From contig CAJNYD010000005.1 of NCBI GenBank assembly GCA_905331295.1, positions 186,001-250,000 on the forward strand: a DNA stretch of 64,000 nucleotides, written 5' to 3'. The notes under the pieces were generated by a model, which was given only the letters and a program-made list of their open reading frames with translations, did no database searches and was not told where the DNA came from. Shown here one piece after another: positions 23,497 through 34,900 of this stretch (position 1 is the stretch's first letter; the number at the start of each line of letters is the position of its first letter). This DNA is from Rotaria socialis (taxonomy: Eukaryota). The translations under genes and the position numbers were made by a program.

Positions 23497-26193
23497 TCAT
23501 CCGAGAGCATTAAGATCAACTTCTAATTTATTGGCTCGTAGCCGAGCAGCTTCAGTTCGTGATTTGATAACTGGAATAAACAATATCCCAATGATTAGAA
23601 TAGCTGCTGGGCATGTTATTCGCCATTCAATGGCGTCGATATCGTCGTCTGGATGTGCCTTATATGATTCTACAGTACTTGGAAAAGCACGAAATGCGCC
23701 TTTCTTCACTTGACATTGTAGCACTGCTATCATACGTTGATCATTGTGAGAAAATGTCACAGCATACACTGGATCTGAACAGTAATGAATACTGGGACTA
23801 ACAAATATCGCATTGGCGAAATCTGCAATTTCGAAAGCTTCTTCTCCTCGTGCAATATGATTATCAGGTGGGCAAACACGAAAACCATTAGAGACGATTG
23901 TACTTGGCATTACCAGACCATCCATGAGTATCGATCGAATAACATTGATAGACGTACCATGATAAGCAGTGTGAGGAAAATTTTTCGGATCATAATCACA
24001 TATCTTCAGATATTGACATTTTACTGGAGTTTGACGTAATTGAAAATTTTGTCCAACAGCAGCTTGAATGAACATGTCTGGTGGAAGGCATAGTGCGTCA
24101 GAAAATATTTCCACATGACGAACCAAAGCATACAAACCACCGATACGAGATAAGCGGTTATGTTGATTGCTGTAGGAAAACCAATAGGCAGAATTTGGTA
24201 ACCACGTATATAATTTCACATTTTTTTCATTATTGATTGTCACTATTGGCATATCATCTAACTTATCAGTCTTATTAGTATAACTCATTTGGAATAAACA
24301 AACACATTCAGGCAGATGGAAATGTTTGACATCTGGTTCAAATATGTATTTTACTTCAATCGAAGTGTTTGTTTTGGCACAACCAGACGCAAAAGTGAAT
24401 GATAAATTTTTAATTGTACAATTTTGTACCTCACTCGATGATGCTTTTATTTGAAACAGTGCATCTTCCCCTTTTGATTCAAATATGCCGTGAAAAGTAC
24501 GTAAGTTTAGTTTTGGAAGTTCATCTCTTTGTGTATAACCACTATTCATATAGCGAGGAGAATCATAAGTAATGAGACATATAGGCAAATCTACGAATTT
24601 CGAGCTTACACAACGAGCACGACACACCGCTGATATCAATGTTGTATTTTCATTCTCAAAAGTTAATGGACTTCTTGCTATTGAGAACCATCGATATTTA
24701 CCACGATATGGATCTGGAATAGCTGTTATGAGATCATTTATTGTTGCATCACAATGTAATTGCACTTTTATAATTGGATCAAATCCAGAAGTCCTACCAT
24801 CACCATACAAATGTACAGGAATGTATTTGTCAACTGCTAAATTATTTTGATATTCTTTTAAAATTTTTTTAATTTTTTCACTGCTAGCTTCCTCCAGTGC
24901 TGTAGCATCGTATTGATTCCTAATACTAAGATCAGCACCTCTAGAGATCAATAGCTCGACTGTGGATATATGTCCATGAAAAGCAGCACCATGTAATGGT
25001 GTACTACGTTTACCAGGTATTTGTACATTAATGTTAGCACCTTTGTCTAAAAGAACTTTTGCAACATTTGTTTTACCAAAATGACATGCAAGATAGAGTA
25101 AACTTGTACCCTGGCCATCGACAGCATCACGTTTATTGCCATCAAAATGATACAGAAACCACCAATCGACACCATGAATTGCCATTTGAAACATATTCTG
25201 TTCTCGCATTGATCGAAACAAGTTGGTAATTCTTTTACCTCTAATTATGCCTTCTTGTTCAGCTGTCATACCCCATTTATTGATTAGAGTAGAGTTTGCT
25301 CCTTGATTGAGAAGATATTCAACAATCGATTCATGTCCACCATAGGCAGCAAGATGTAGAGCTGAATTTAAATTGATGTCAACAATATCGAGTTTAGCTG
25401 AACGTTCTTCAATGAGCCATTTAGCAAGTTCGAAATAACCTTTTTTACATGCACACTGAAGTAATGTCTGTCGTTGAGTATGATATTGTGTATCAATATG
25501 TTCTCGAATATTCTGGATGTTGCTTTTGAACCAAGCAAGTTGATTAGTCGCTGCTTGAATAAAAGGCTTTTGTTTTAATTCAGCAAAAACGTTGTTAACC
25601 TCATCATCGTAAGCTTCGTCTTCAGGCATGTTTCCATGATCATTTTCTAAATGATAATTGGCTCCACATTCTAATAGACAGCGAACTATTTCAGGATGCC
25701 CATAGAATGCAGCCACATGTAAAGCTGTGCTACCAGTTCGCTGTGGTAAATCTGGATCCGCACCTTGTTCTATTAAACTGTATACACCTTCAACATTACA
25801 AGCACGTGCTGCACAATACAGCGGCGTATGACCCGTTACCGAATCTTGTGCATTAATTTCTTTTAATTTCATATTTTCCAACCGTTGCTTCAATTCTGAT
25901 GCAAGATCAGGTTCTGCTGCTAACTGTTGCAGTGAATATTTTGATTTATGTAAATCAAAAATCCATTTTTGTTGATCATTATATAGCTGTCGTTTATCGT
26001 GATCGGATAATGTTTCATAGGCACGACAAATTTTTCGGAATTGCTCCGCTGTAATCGTACGATTTTCAGGAGATTTCTGTCGATCTGCTTTTAATTGATG
26101 AATAAGGTTACGATAAGCATCCCTCAATTGAAAATCGTTACAAGTTTTGTCCACTCCGAGAATTCTATATGGTGTGACAGCTGATGAAGTCAT
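23497..26193 (-). CDS. Intronless 898-aa J-domain / ankyrin-repeat / NEURL4-PARP-like ADP-ribosyltransferase-fold protein
   Basis: N-term PYRILGV...AYRNL...FRKICRAYETLSD (J domain); three ankyrin cassettes (GHTPLYCAA/TALHVAAFYGH; QTLLQCAC/SALHLAAYGGH; TSLLYLAC/TPLHGAAFHGH); C-term AYHGT...SILMDGL...IFVSPSIHY...VLQCQVK...IEWRI...IIGILF. Confidence 0.9.
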   Translation of the reverse strand: MTSSAVTPYRILGVDKTCNDFQLRDAYRNLIHQLKADRQKSPENRTITAEQFRKICRAYETLSDHDKRQLYNDQQKWIFDLHKSKYSLQQLAAEPDLASELKQRLENMKLKEINAQDSVTGHTPLYCAARACNVEGVYSLIEQGADPDLPQRTGSTALHVAAFYGHPEIVRCLLECGANYHLENDHGNMPEDEAYDDEVNNVFAELKQKPFIQAATNQLAWFKSNIQNIREHIDTQYHTQRQTLLQCACKKGYFELAKWLIEERSAKLDIVDINLNSALHLAAYGGHESIVEYLLNQGANSTLINKWGMTAEQEGIIRGKRITNLFRSMREQNMFQMAIHGVDWWFLYHFDGNKRDAVDGQGTSLLYLACHFGKTNVAKVLLDKGANINVQIPGKRSTPLHGAAFHGHISTVELLISRGADLSIRNQYDATALEEASSEKIKKILKEYQNNLAVDKYIPVHLYGDGRTSGFDPIIKVQLHCDATINDLITAIPDPYRGKYRWFSIARSPLTFENENTTLISAVCRARCVSSKFVDLPICLITYDSPRYMNSGYTQRDELPKLNLRTFHGIFESKGEDALFQIKASSSEVQNCTIKNLSFTFASGCAKTNTSIEVKYIFEPDVKHFHLPECVCLFQMSYTNKTDKLDDMPIVTINNEKNVKLYTWLPNSAYWFSYSNQHNRLSRIGGLYALVRHVEIFSDALCLPPDMFIQAAVGQNFQLRQTPVKCQYLKICDYDPKNFPHTAYHGTSINVIRSILMDGLVMPSTIVSNGFRVCPPDNHIARGEEAFEIADFANAIFVSPSIHYCSDPVYAVTFSHNDQRMIAVLQCQVKKGAFRAFPSTVESYKAHPDDDIDAIEWRITCPAAILIIGILFIPVIKSRTEAARLRANKLEVDLNALG

Positions 26194-27889
26194 ACTTTTC
26201 AGTACTCTTCTTTTTTTTATCCAATTGTGTATGTCTGTCGATGAATAAAAATGCAGCCACTTTCTTCAGTTTGTTTTTTTACTTCCTACAAACACCGTTT
26301 CTTTCTTGGTAGAGATTTTGTTCCATACACGTGTTTTTCTTTTCGTCTACATACAACTACGATAATGTGCATTAGTATAAGAAGGGATGATTTACCAAGA
26401 ATTTTATCTTTAAATTTAACCATACATATTTGTTAGCACGATTTTTATTATTCTTGCTTATCTATAATCACTATTACGTAGACAACCATAACATCCAGTA
26501 AAATACTGTAACGAGTACTTAGCTTAGATCGTTTAGCGCTAGCAGATTTTGTTTTCACATGAATTTGTTCCATTGAATCTAAATCTATAAAATAATGCAA
26601 ATAAATATTGATGATTATTTGCTACTGTTTCGATTTGATACCGGTATATTGCTGAAACACTATAACAATTCACGTTTAGAAAACAATCTTCTACTGGTTA
26701 ATCGTAATTTCTAGCATTTGCATTTGTATAAGATAGTATTTTCATATGACAGCCCTTTTAATGTCATATCTATGTTGCTATTAACAATTTGACTAGGATA
26801 TTTCTTGTATAAGTAGAATGATGAAAAGTTGAACTGAAAATCAATAAAACAAATCTTATTTGAAAAAGGAAAAGTATACTTGAAGGATAAAAATAGAATA
26901 TCCGTGGAATTGGGTTTCTAATCAGAAAGCGAATTCCAGCTGTAAATACATTGTACAGTTCATAAATGCAAACAAGGTCCCAGTAGCAATCAATATTTTG
27001 TCAGTATTATTAAAACGAGAAGAATAAGAGATATATGTTTACTATTTTCGGATTGTGATACAATTTAGCGAAGTCCAATGAATGTAACGATGCATAATTA
27101 TTTCGTCACACATATCTTCTGTGTAATGGATATGTATTTCTCTTTCGGAATAACAAGTATATCATTTTCTTGAGTGGTTTTCATATTAAATTTGTATAAA
27201 TGTTGTCGTCTAATGAATTCTCAAATCTACTTCTGAATGGGATTGATGTCTGATTGATATCAACTGGGGCTTTTTGTCTACTTACTATTTTCCATCTGAT
27301 GATTAAATTTTAGAAATAACAGGATAGAATATTAATTAAAAAACGGAACTCATATAATTGTGTCCAGAGTTATCGATGTTTATCGGTATATGGAAACATA
27401 AAATGTCTCGTTAGATATCTTAACGACAAAAACATTTGACTATCTATACTACTATTCACCTCAATAAAGAGTTTTGAGTTGTTGTGAATTTAAAAAAACG
27501 CATTGTAGAGCGACTCCATAGACTTTCTAATGATATCTATCTTTCATCGTGATATGAGAAGGTCAATATGAGAATTAATTTGATAAATAAGATCTTGCTT
27601 TTCATACGTTCCCATCAGAAAGATAATATGATATTTATTATTACACCAGTTGATCCAAAGGGTCTATCACTTGGATCAAGACGATCATTCTATCTAGCTG
27701 GAGATTTTAGATGAAGAAACTCCCTGGCATTCAAAGAAGAATGAGGAAAGTATCATCTTGCATAAGGAAGATTAATTTCCTGTTAGATAAATAAAATAGA
27801 AAGAATCGTTTAATATCGAAAGACAACTTGGAGCAGTCACTTATTTGTCTTGAAAGTAGTGAGCTCTATAGTCATATTCTTTGACTATT

Positions 27890-28480
27890 CAATATTGTAA
27901 GCAGTTTAACTTTTATTGAGTAATCTCATGTGGTATGCAGCTTCTGTGTTGAGCAATAGACTGAACGTATGAAGATTAACTTGCCAGTTTAAATTTGAAT
28001 GCAGTCTCATCAGACTCTATGATATGATTAAAAAGATGAGGCTCATTGTCAACAAGTGATCAGAATATCTCGTCAAATTCGAGCTATCGATCAAAATTGT
28101 CCTCATTGGTTTCGTGCATCAACCACCTCGAAATATTAGGCTTGTGAATCTAATGGAATTTTAAACACAATGAATAGAAAGTAGTTCTTGCAATATTCAA
28201 CCATAAACTCTATGACGAATCGATGTGTCGTAGGCTTTTTTGTGCCAAAATAGAGGATAATTTATTTATGCTACTTTGGCTAGTAGCTGATATTCCCCTG
28301 TCGGATGGATAAATGTTGAACACAGAGCTAGTTTTAAAAAAATTAAATTTCTACTTAGGTTATCATCAGTCGATTGTGAGGCTCTTAATCTTACTCCATT
28401 TTCTTGTACTAAATTTATTCAACTTCAATAGAATACTCACAAGTCGATAGGTCCACTTTCCTATACACAACTTGTAATTT
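27890..28480 (-). mobile_element. Decayed Tc1/mariner-superfamily transposase fragment
   Basis: Minus-strand reading KPNISRWLMHETNEDNFDR*LEFDEIF*SLVDNEPHLFNHIIESDETAFK (SDE at 28006-28014), then frameshifted QVNLH...PHEIT. Matches the LH.LNEDDxDRRxEFCE...IxWSDEAxF pattern preceding the first catalytic Asp. Boundaries approximate. Confidence 0.65.
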
Positions 28481-30062
28481 GCACTAAGTTAATATCGCTT
28501 CATGATTTATATCGAAACTGAAATTAGGGACTATGCTCTGGAAAACAAATTCGCTTCCCAGAAAACTCTAAGAGGGTGGCTGAGACCTGGGAAACCCTGA
28601 TAAATTACTTACAATAATCTCTTGAGTATACTGATCTCAAAAATAATAAAAAGTTTTCGATTTCGCGACGTAGTTTTCTCTTATATTTTCCATGAACTCA
28701 GAGATCTTGTTAGTTCTCATCTGAGAAACATAAGTAGCCATTCGAATGAGACTGAAACGAATCTCTAACATAAAAAGGAACTAGTCTATGTTTTTAATAT
28801 TAATTTTAATTACAGTTTACGATTCCAATTAGGTTGAATTGAAGGTAAAATGAGTGACGTGTTTGAACTTATGAGAATCTCTAAAGTTTATGGGCGAAGA
28901 AGATAGAAAGCGAAATGTTAACACTAAAACTTTATTGTTGAAAAATGTATGCATCTATTATCTGTATCGTTCTGTGAAACATTCTGAACATATTCAAAAA
29001 AAAAGCTGAAACCCTTTGGTGTATCAATGAGAACTTCGGGAATCGATTTTATTTTCCCATCGTACTTTTTCCAGATGAAGGATTCGCGACGAGAACCTTT
29101 TTTCTGATAATTTTAAAAAATTGAAATTATTTTTACACCAAATATTTTATTTCTGTTGAGCGTTATGCATAGCTTGTGATAAATAGCTAATCTCTATGTA
29201 GTATGCATGATGAAAAATATTAAACTATAGTCGCACGATCTCGATTTTACTCAGAGTTCAACTGATTTGGTTTCTTGCAAACAAAACGTGGAATCTTGAT
29301 ATTTTGATTATATGTAGCATTCATTAATTTTTGTTTTTGAATAAAACTTTTCAAGAAAAGTTGACATATACTTATAGAACAGATCAAGATTCAATCTAGA
29401 CATTTTGGAGCGTTCTGTCATGTGAAAACAAAATAGTACAAGATACATTTTGATTGCAGTACGGCTTTCTGTTTAAGTCAATAAATTCATTTTATAGATC
29501 GTTCGATTTTAGTTTAAAGCACTATTTTCACTAGTTTTGCAAGTGTTCTAGAAGAAAGACGTCTAGAAATGTTACTCTAAAAATGATTTTAGAAACATGA
29601 TTTTCTTTTCAATTCTATATTCGCTTGGTTCCACTATGAATTGAATTTCTTTTAACTGTATTTATAATAGTTCACTGAATTCGCCATTCGGAACGAAACG
29701 TCACAAAAAATATCAATACCGAAACAAATAGAAAACGGAAAATGACTGGTAATAATGTATGTTTTTGCTTACACGGCAATGTTTAATACAGGATAGAGGT
29801 AGGTTTTCGTGTAGTATCCTATTTTTAAATTTAAATTTTATAAATACGTTCACAATCAATAACGTAGTTGGATTACGAGTAGAATTTTTCGAAATAATCG
29901 ACTACTAAATCTATTATGTTGAAGATAATCCATGATTCGAATGCAACTAAATACAGTGTTGATGGATATACCACTTTAAAAACAAGGCTAAAATCGTAGC
30001 GTTTCAATTTCGTCAACAAGAAATGTATTTAATAGTGGGCGAAAAGTGTGGGATTAACTTAA

Positions 30063-31081
30063 CCCTTTCCAGCCGGCTCCCAGAAGCGACATAGTTAAAA
30101 CTCTTCTTCTGCGTATATTTGTTTTCGTGCCATAGAGATAGCAAAAAACTATTTCTTAAAATCGAACGGTGCTTCTATGTTGAATGGCTGCATGTTTTCA
30201 TTTGACAACAGCCGGCCGTAAAGGGTCAAAACTTTGAAAAATTCATTTGTCGTTTTCGATCATCGAAATTCACTATTGTGCGTTCCTTTCATTTAATTAT
30301 TCAAGAAAAAGTGCAAAAAATATATACGATACACCTGGGCAGTTTCTACGCGATTCAAATCGACTTTTGTACGAAAACTTTGACATAATTTGAACTTAAG
30401 GAGAGAGTAGATGTATGGGTTTTTGTGTTAGTTGGCATCAGGATAATTATTCTTGTAGATCCTTTATTTCTCTACATCCGTGCCGATACGTAAATTAAAT
30501 ATCCATTTCCATACCAGTTATCGAGAGCTACAATACTATCATGCTGTTTTTTTTTCATAGAAAATTCCATTGAAAGCTAGGAAAAGCTATATAAATCCAC
30601 CATATATATTTTGTATGCTTTGTTCTTGTATGAATAAATGAAAAAACGAAAAATAGCCAATAACGATGATCGAAAACGAAAAATGATTTTTCAAAAATTT
30701 TGACCCCTCACGGCTGGCTGTTGCCACTGGGCAACATCCATAGCTCTTATTGTCAGTACTCATTGAATCATCTCTTTGAGTGATACAATATACAATAGAT
30801 CAAGGAGGAGAAATTTACCACTAGTGACCTGTGGGATTGAATGATGGAGGGTACCATAAGAACATCTATTATGATTCAGTTGTTCTTTAGGAGTATTCAG
30901 GAGGACTTCGGTAATTTCCTCAGCTGAAAGTTTTTGTTTTGTTTCATGGGCTATGAGTGTGTTCTAAAATATCTTGTAGTAATTATTGAACTATTGATTC
31001 ACTATCTATCCACAGTATAGCTAGACCTTTCTTAAAATATCGACACAATGTTGCCAAATGACAGCATCCGCCCGTAAAGGA
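30063..31081. mobile_element. piggyBac-like non-autonomous element (TTAA TSD) with internal inverted repeats
   Basis: TTAA-CCCTTTCCAGCCGG ... CCGCCCGTAAAGGA-TTAA (degenerate TIR); internal inverted pair about 30205-30266 / 30664-30723. Confidence 0.6.
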
Positions 31082-31977
31082 TTAAATAGTTTAACAGTCT
31101 TTCGACGTCATAAAACTCGATCAATTTTAGTAGTGACTGACGATTAAGCGACTATTTCATCGGTATATTACGATTAACCGTTCAAAATTATTGAAAAGCC
31201 TCACAAAACAACAAAATAATCCTAAATTAATTAATGAGCGTGACAATTTCTTATTTTCATAGAATAAAAATATCTATTACTTTAACTGAACACATAATTT
31301 GTATGGCTACACGTTCACCTGGAAAAATAAGCGATAGTAAAGATAATTGTTTTTCATCGGTTTAATCCCACATCATATGTGGACAAGAGGTAGTTACATA
31401 AAGAGTAATATACTAGTTTAAAATAATGAAAATTTAGCAGTATATTTTAGGCTAGATTTTAGCTAGAAGTTGTAAAAATCTAAAAGGTTTCTTTAAAATC
31501 ACTACTTATATCATTTGCTAATAGGTAAAAACAGCAATTTTTTAGCTAACCAATACAATACACTGTTTTCATATTAATTACGTGTGAAACAGACATATGT
31601 GGAACAAAAGAATATTTCATACAGTACTTTTAACATAACTATTCTCGTTGTAAATACACAACATATTTGAATGGAAATATAGCATTTGATGCGTTGAATT
31701 TATTATTCCATTTCAAAGTTTTCATTTTAATAATCTGAGTGTAATCCAATGTTATCATTCTTATTTTATTTTTGTCGCGTGTTCGATAGTTGTTCTCAAA
31801 ATCCGTTGTATAGTGCTTGCTGGCGGCACCTATCAGATTGTTTTTTGACATATTTTTGAGGTCTGTTACTTGACACTTTTAAGTTGCCAATGGTGGCTGA
31901 TGTCTGCTGTATAGATAATGTTGCAATTCGATTCTCTTATGGTGTTTGTTGTTTCTATTGAGTGATTGGCAGCAGTA

Positions 31978-34900
31978 ATGCTTCGCTCCTCAAATAGTGT
32001 TCGAGGTCAACATCAGTCCACATCAAGTATTTATGACTACAAAACACTCAATGAAATGGTAATGAGAACAACAAATACGAGCACATCAAATGAACAATCA
32101 GTAATAGACAATCATGAACCGAATAAATATATTCAACCAGTGAAAACGTCTCTTGCTGATGAATCTTTATGTGTTTCTTTACAGTCAATGTTAAGTACTA
32201 CTATATCCTTATGTGAAGTGATCATTGAAGGCAACTGGAGATTTCGAGCATATGAAGATGATCAGTTTAGATTTAAATCAATGGGTATTGATAATTTAGT
32301 TTATATATGTCATGATATCATGAACAAAACACTTGGAATGATTAAGTTAAAACAACAAAATCAACGAATATCGTCATCAAGTTGTAAACCATGGCCAATA
32401 GTAAATGTGGATAATTTTGAAAAATTGACAGATGTAGATCGTGCTATTCTTAATCGTGCTCATGTATATGCTCTAATGACAATTATCTTTGAAGCAACAT
32501 CGTCAAGTATCTCAATGTCTCAACAAATTTGTTATAAAGATGAAGTTGTCGAACATATCAATAATGAACATAGTGTTTCTAAATCTCATAATTACCCTAA
32601 AGTATCCTATGAAACTGCTTTCCGACATCTGATTCATACACCTGACAATCAACTTCTTCAAGTAGCTCTTCATGCATCTCTTATAACCGGTCATAGTCGA
32701 ATGGAGTTACAAGAATTAGGTGAAAAATTAGGTGTCAAACGACATCATTTTGATATGGGTTCAATAAAAGATTCAACCAAAACTTTTCAAGACCTAATAA
32801 AATTATTACGTGAACAAAAATTAAAACGAGAACGCGAACAACAATACGTTGATACTAATAAATTACCGTATAAGCCTAAAAAAAAACGAGGTCTAAGCGC
32901 GAATGTTTCAGGCACGAAGTTTGCTGTTGGTAAGCTATTTTAATTTAGATTTTCACGATTTGTTTGTTTATTAAAATAACATAAAAAGAAACCCTGAAAA
33001 CGTCAACGTCATTCTCGAATACATAAATTAAAACAACAGAAGAGGTTTGATTTCAAATCATGGATTCTCAAAACCATCATTATAGACTATCATCATTATT
33101 TTGAGAATAACTCTGATCATAAAAAATATCAATTATTTTATATAAAATATTGTTTCTTCACGTTAAAAGATACCATTCTCGTATTGATTGTTGGCGCCTT
33201 AATTCATGTCAAATTATAGTTGGAAAAAAATATTCAAAATATTAAGTTGGTTTACGACTAAAATGTAATTTCATGATTCTATTTTGAAAGATGCATGAAC
33301 ATTGTGTAATCAAACTAGTCTGAATCGATATAGTTTCTATCATATAAGAGAAAACAATTGAGATTTTGTAGATAGCAATTTCTTTTACTTATTTACGAAG
33401 TCGTTAAAGTCTATAGTGATTATAGAATATTTTGAGTATTGTGTTGTTATCTAAGCGTGATAATTTTTTAAAGTTCAACCTATCTAATCATATGTTAGAA
33501 GATAATTATGAATCGATTGAATTCATAAATCCTAATAGAAAGTTAATTAAAATATTAATTCCAATTTTTTTATCATTTCGTCGTATTTTAATTAATAAAA
33601 TAAATGATTCATTCGATCATTGATACGAAAAACGTTCTTGACATATATACTGAGAACGTTTTCTAGTTCATTACATTTATAATACGAACGGCTGAAATTG
33701 ATAAATGAATCATGATATTTTATTGTATTTCTAAACAATCAATTTTGAACAATATAGAAACTCTTTTATTTGATATCATTTTTCTTTTTGATTTAGTTCG
33801 TCAAGCTGCTGATGTATACGGCTTTTCTCTAAGTTCCGATGGTGATACTACTTCTAATCTATTGTGGCACGATACATTAATATCAATGGATATTGTATCG
33901 GCACTAAAACCCTACCAAAAAGTAAATCATTTTCCAACCATGAGTGAAATTTCACGTAAAGATTCATTAGCTAGAAACTTTGACAAGTATAATTGCAATG
34001 AATTTATTTTCTATTGATTTAAAAATCAAATTTATTATAGATTATCACGAACTCTACCCGATGAATATAACTTTACGCCTAAAACGTGGATATTACCAAA
34101 TGAATACAATTCATGGTATTCATATGCTTCAAGTAAACCAAAAAAAGATCAATGTACTTATATTCTTAAACCAAATAATGGTGCCATGGGACACGGGTGA
34201 GATTTTTTTTCTTTTTAATTTCATTTTTAAATAAAAATAATTATTTAATAGTATTCAAGTTTTTTGTGATTATGAACGAATTCAACCAATGGATAACTAT
34301 GTGATTCAAGAATATATTCGAGAACCTTATCTTATCGATGGTTTTAAATTCGGTATAAAAATATTTATTTGTCTTTTTGTTATATTAATATTTACAATGT
34401 TAAATTTTTCTCTTTTAATAAATAAGATCTTCGAATTTATGCATTATTGACATCATGCGACCCACTTCGTGTATTTATTTTTAATAATGGTCTTGTTCGT
34501 ATGAGTACAGAAAAATATGAAACACCTAATCGAAAAAATGCTGTATTTGATTTTACTGATTTGTTTTTTTGCAAAAATTAATTTTCTGTTTTCTATTTTC
34601 TAGTCTCATCTTTTCATGCATTTAACAAATTATTCCGTAAACAAATACAATGTTGATTATGAAATTAGTGCATCAAATGCTAATGGAGAAAATACAGGCA
34701 GTAAACGTTCACTTAAATTTTTATTTGAATATTTACGATCTCAAAATCAAGATGCAAATACACTTTGGAGAGATATACAAGTAAATCTAATTAAATATCT
34801 ATTGAAAAAAGAAAGTATTAAAAAAACTAAAATACCGTTTGTTTTTAAAGAATATTATATTGAAAACAGTTTTTCTTGCTCAACCACATTTATTTGCTGC

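Noticed and set aside
26900..27800. Possible decayed minus-strand gene with exon-like segments
   Set aside because: Many stops and no recognisable motif, so it cannot be supported.
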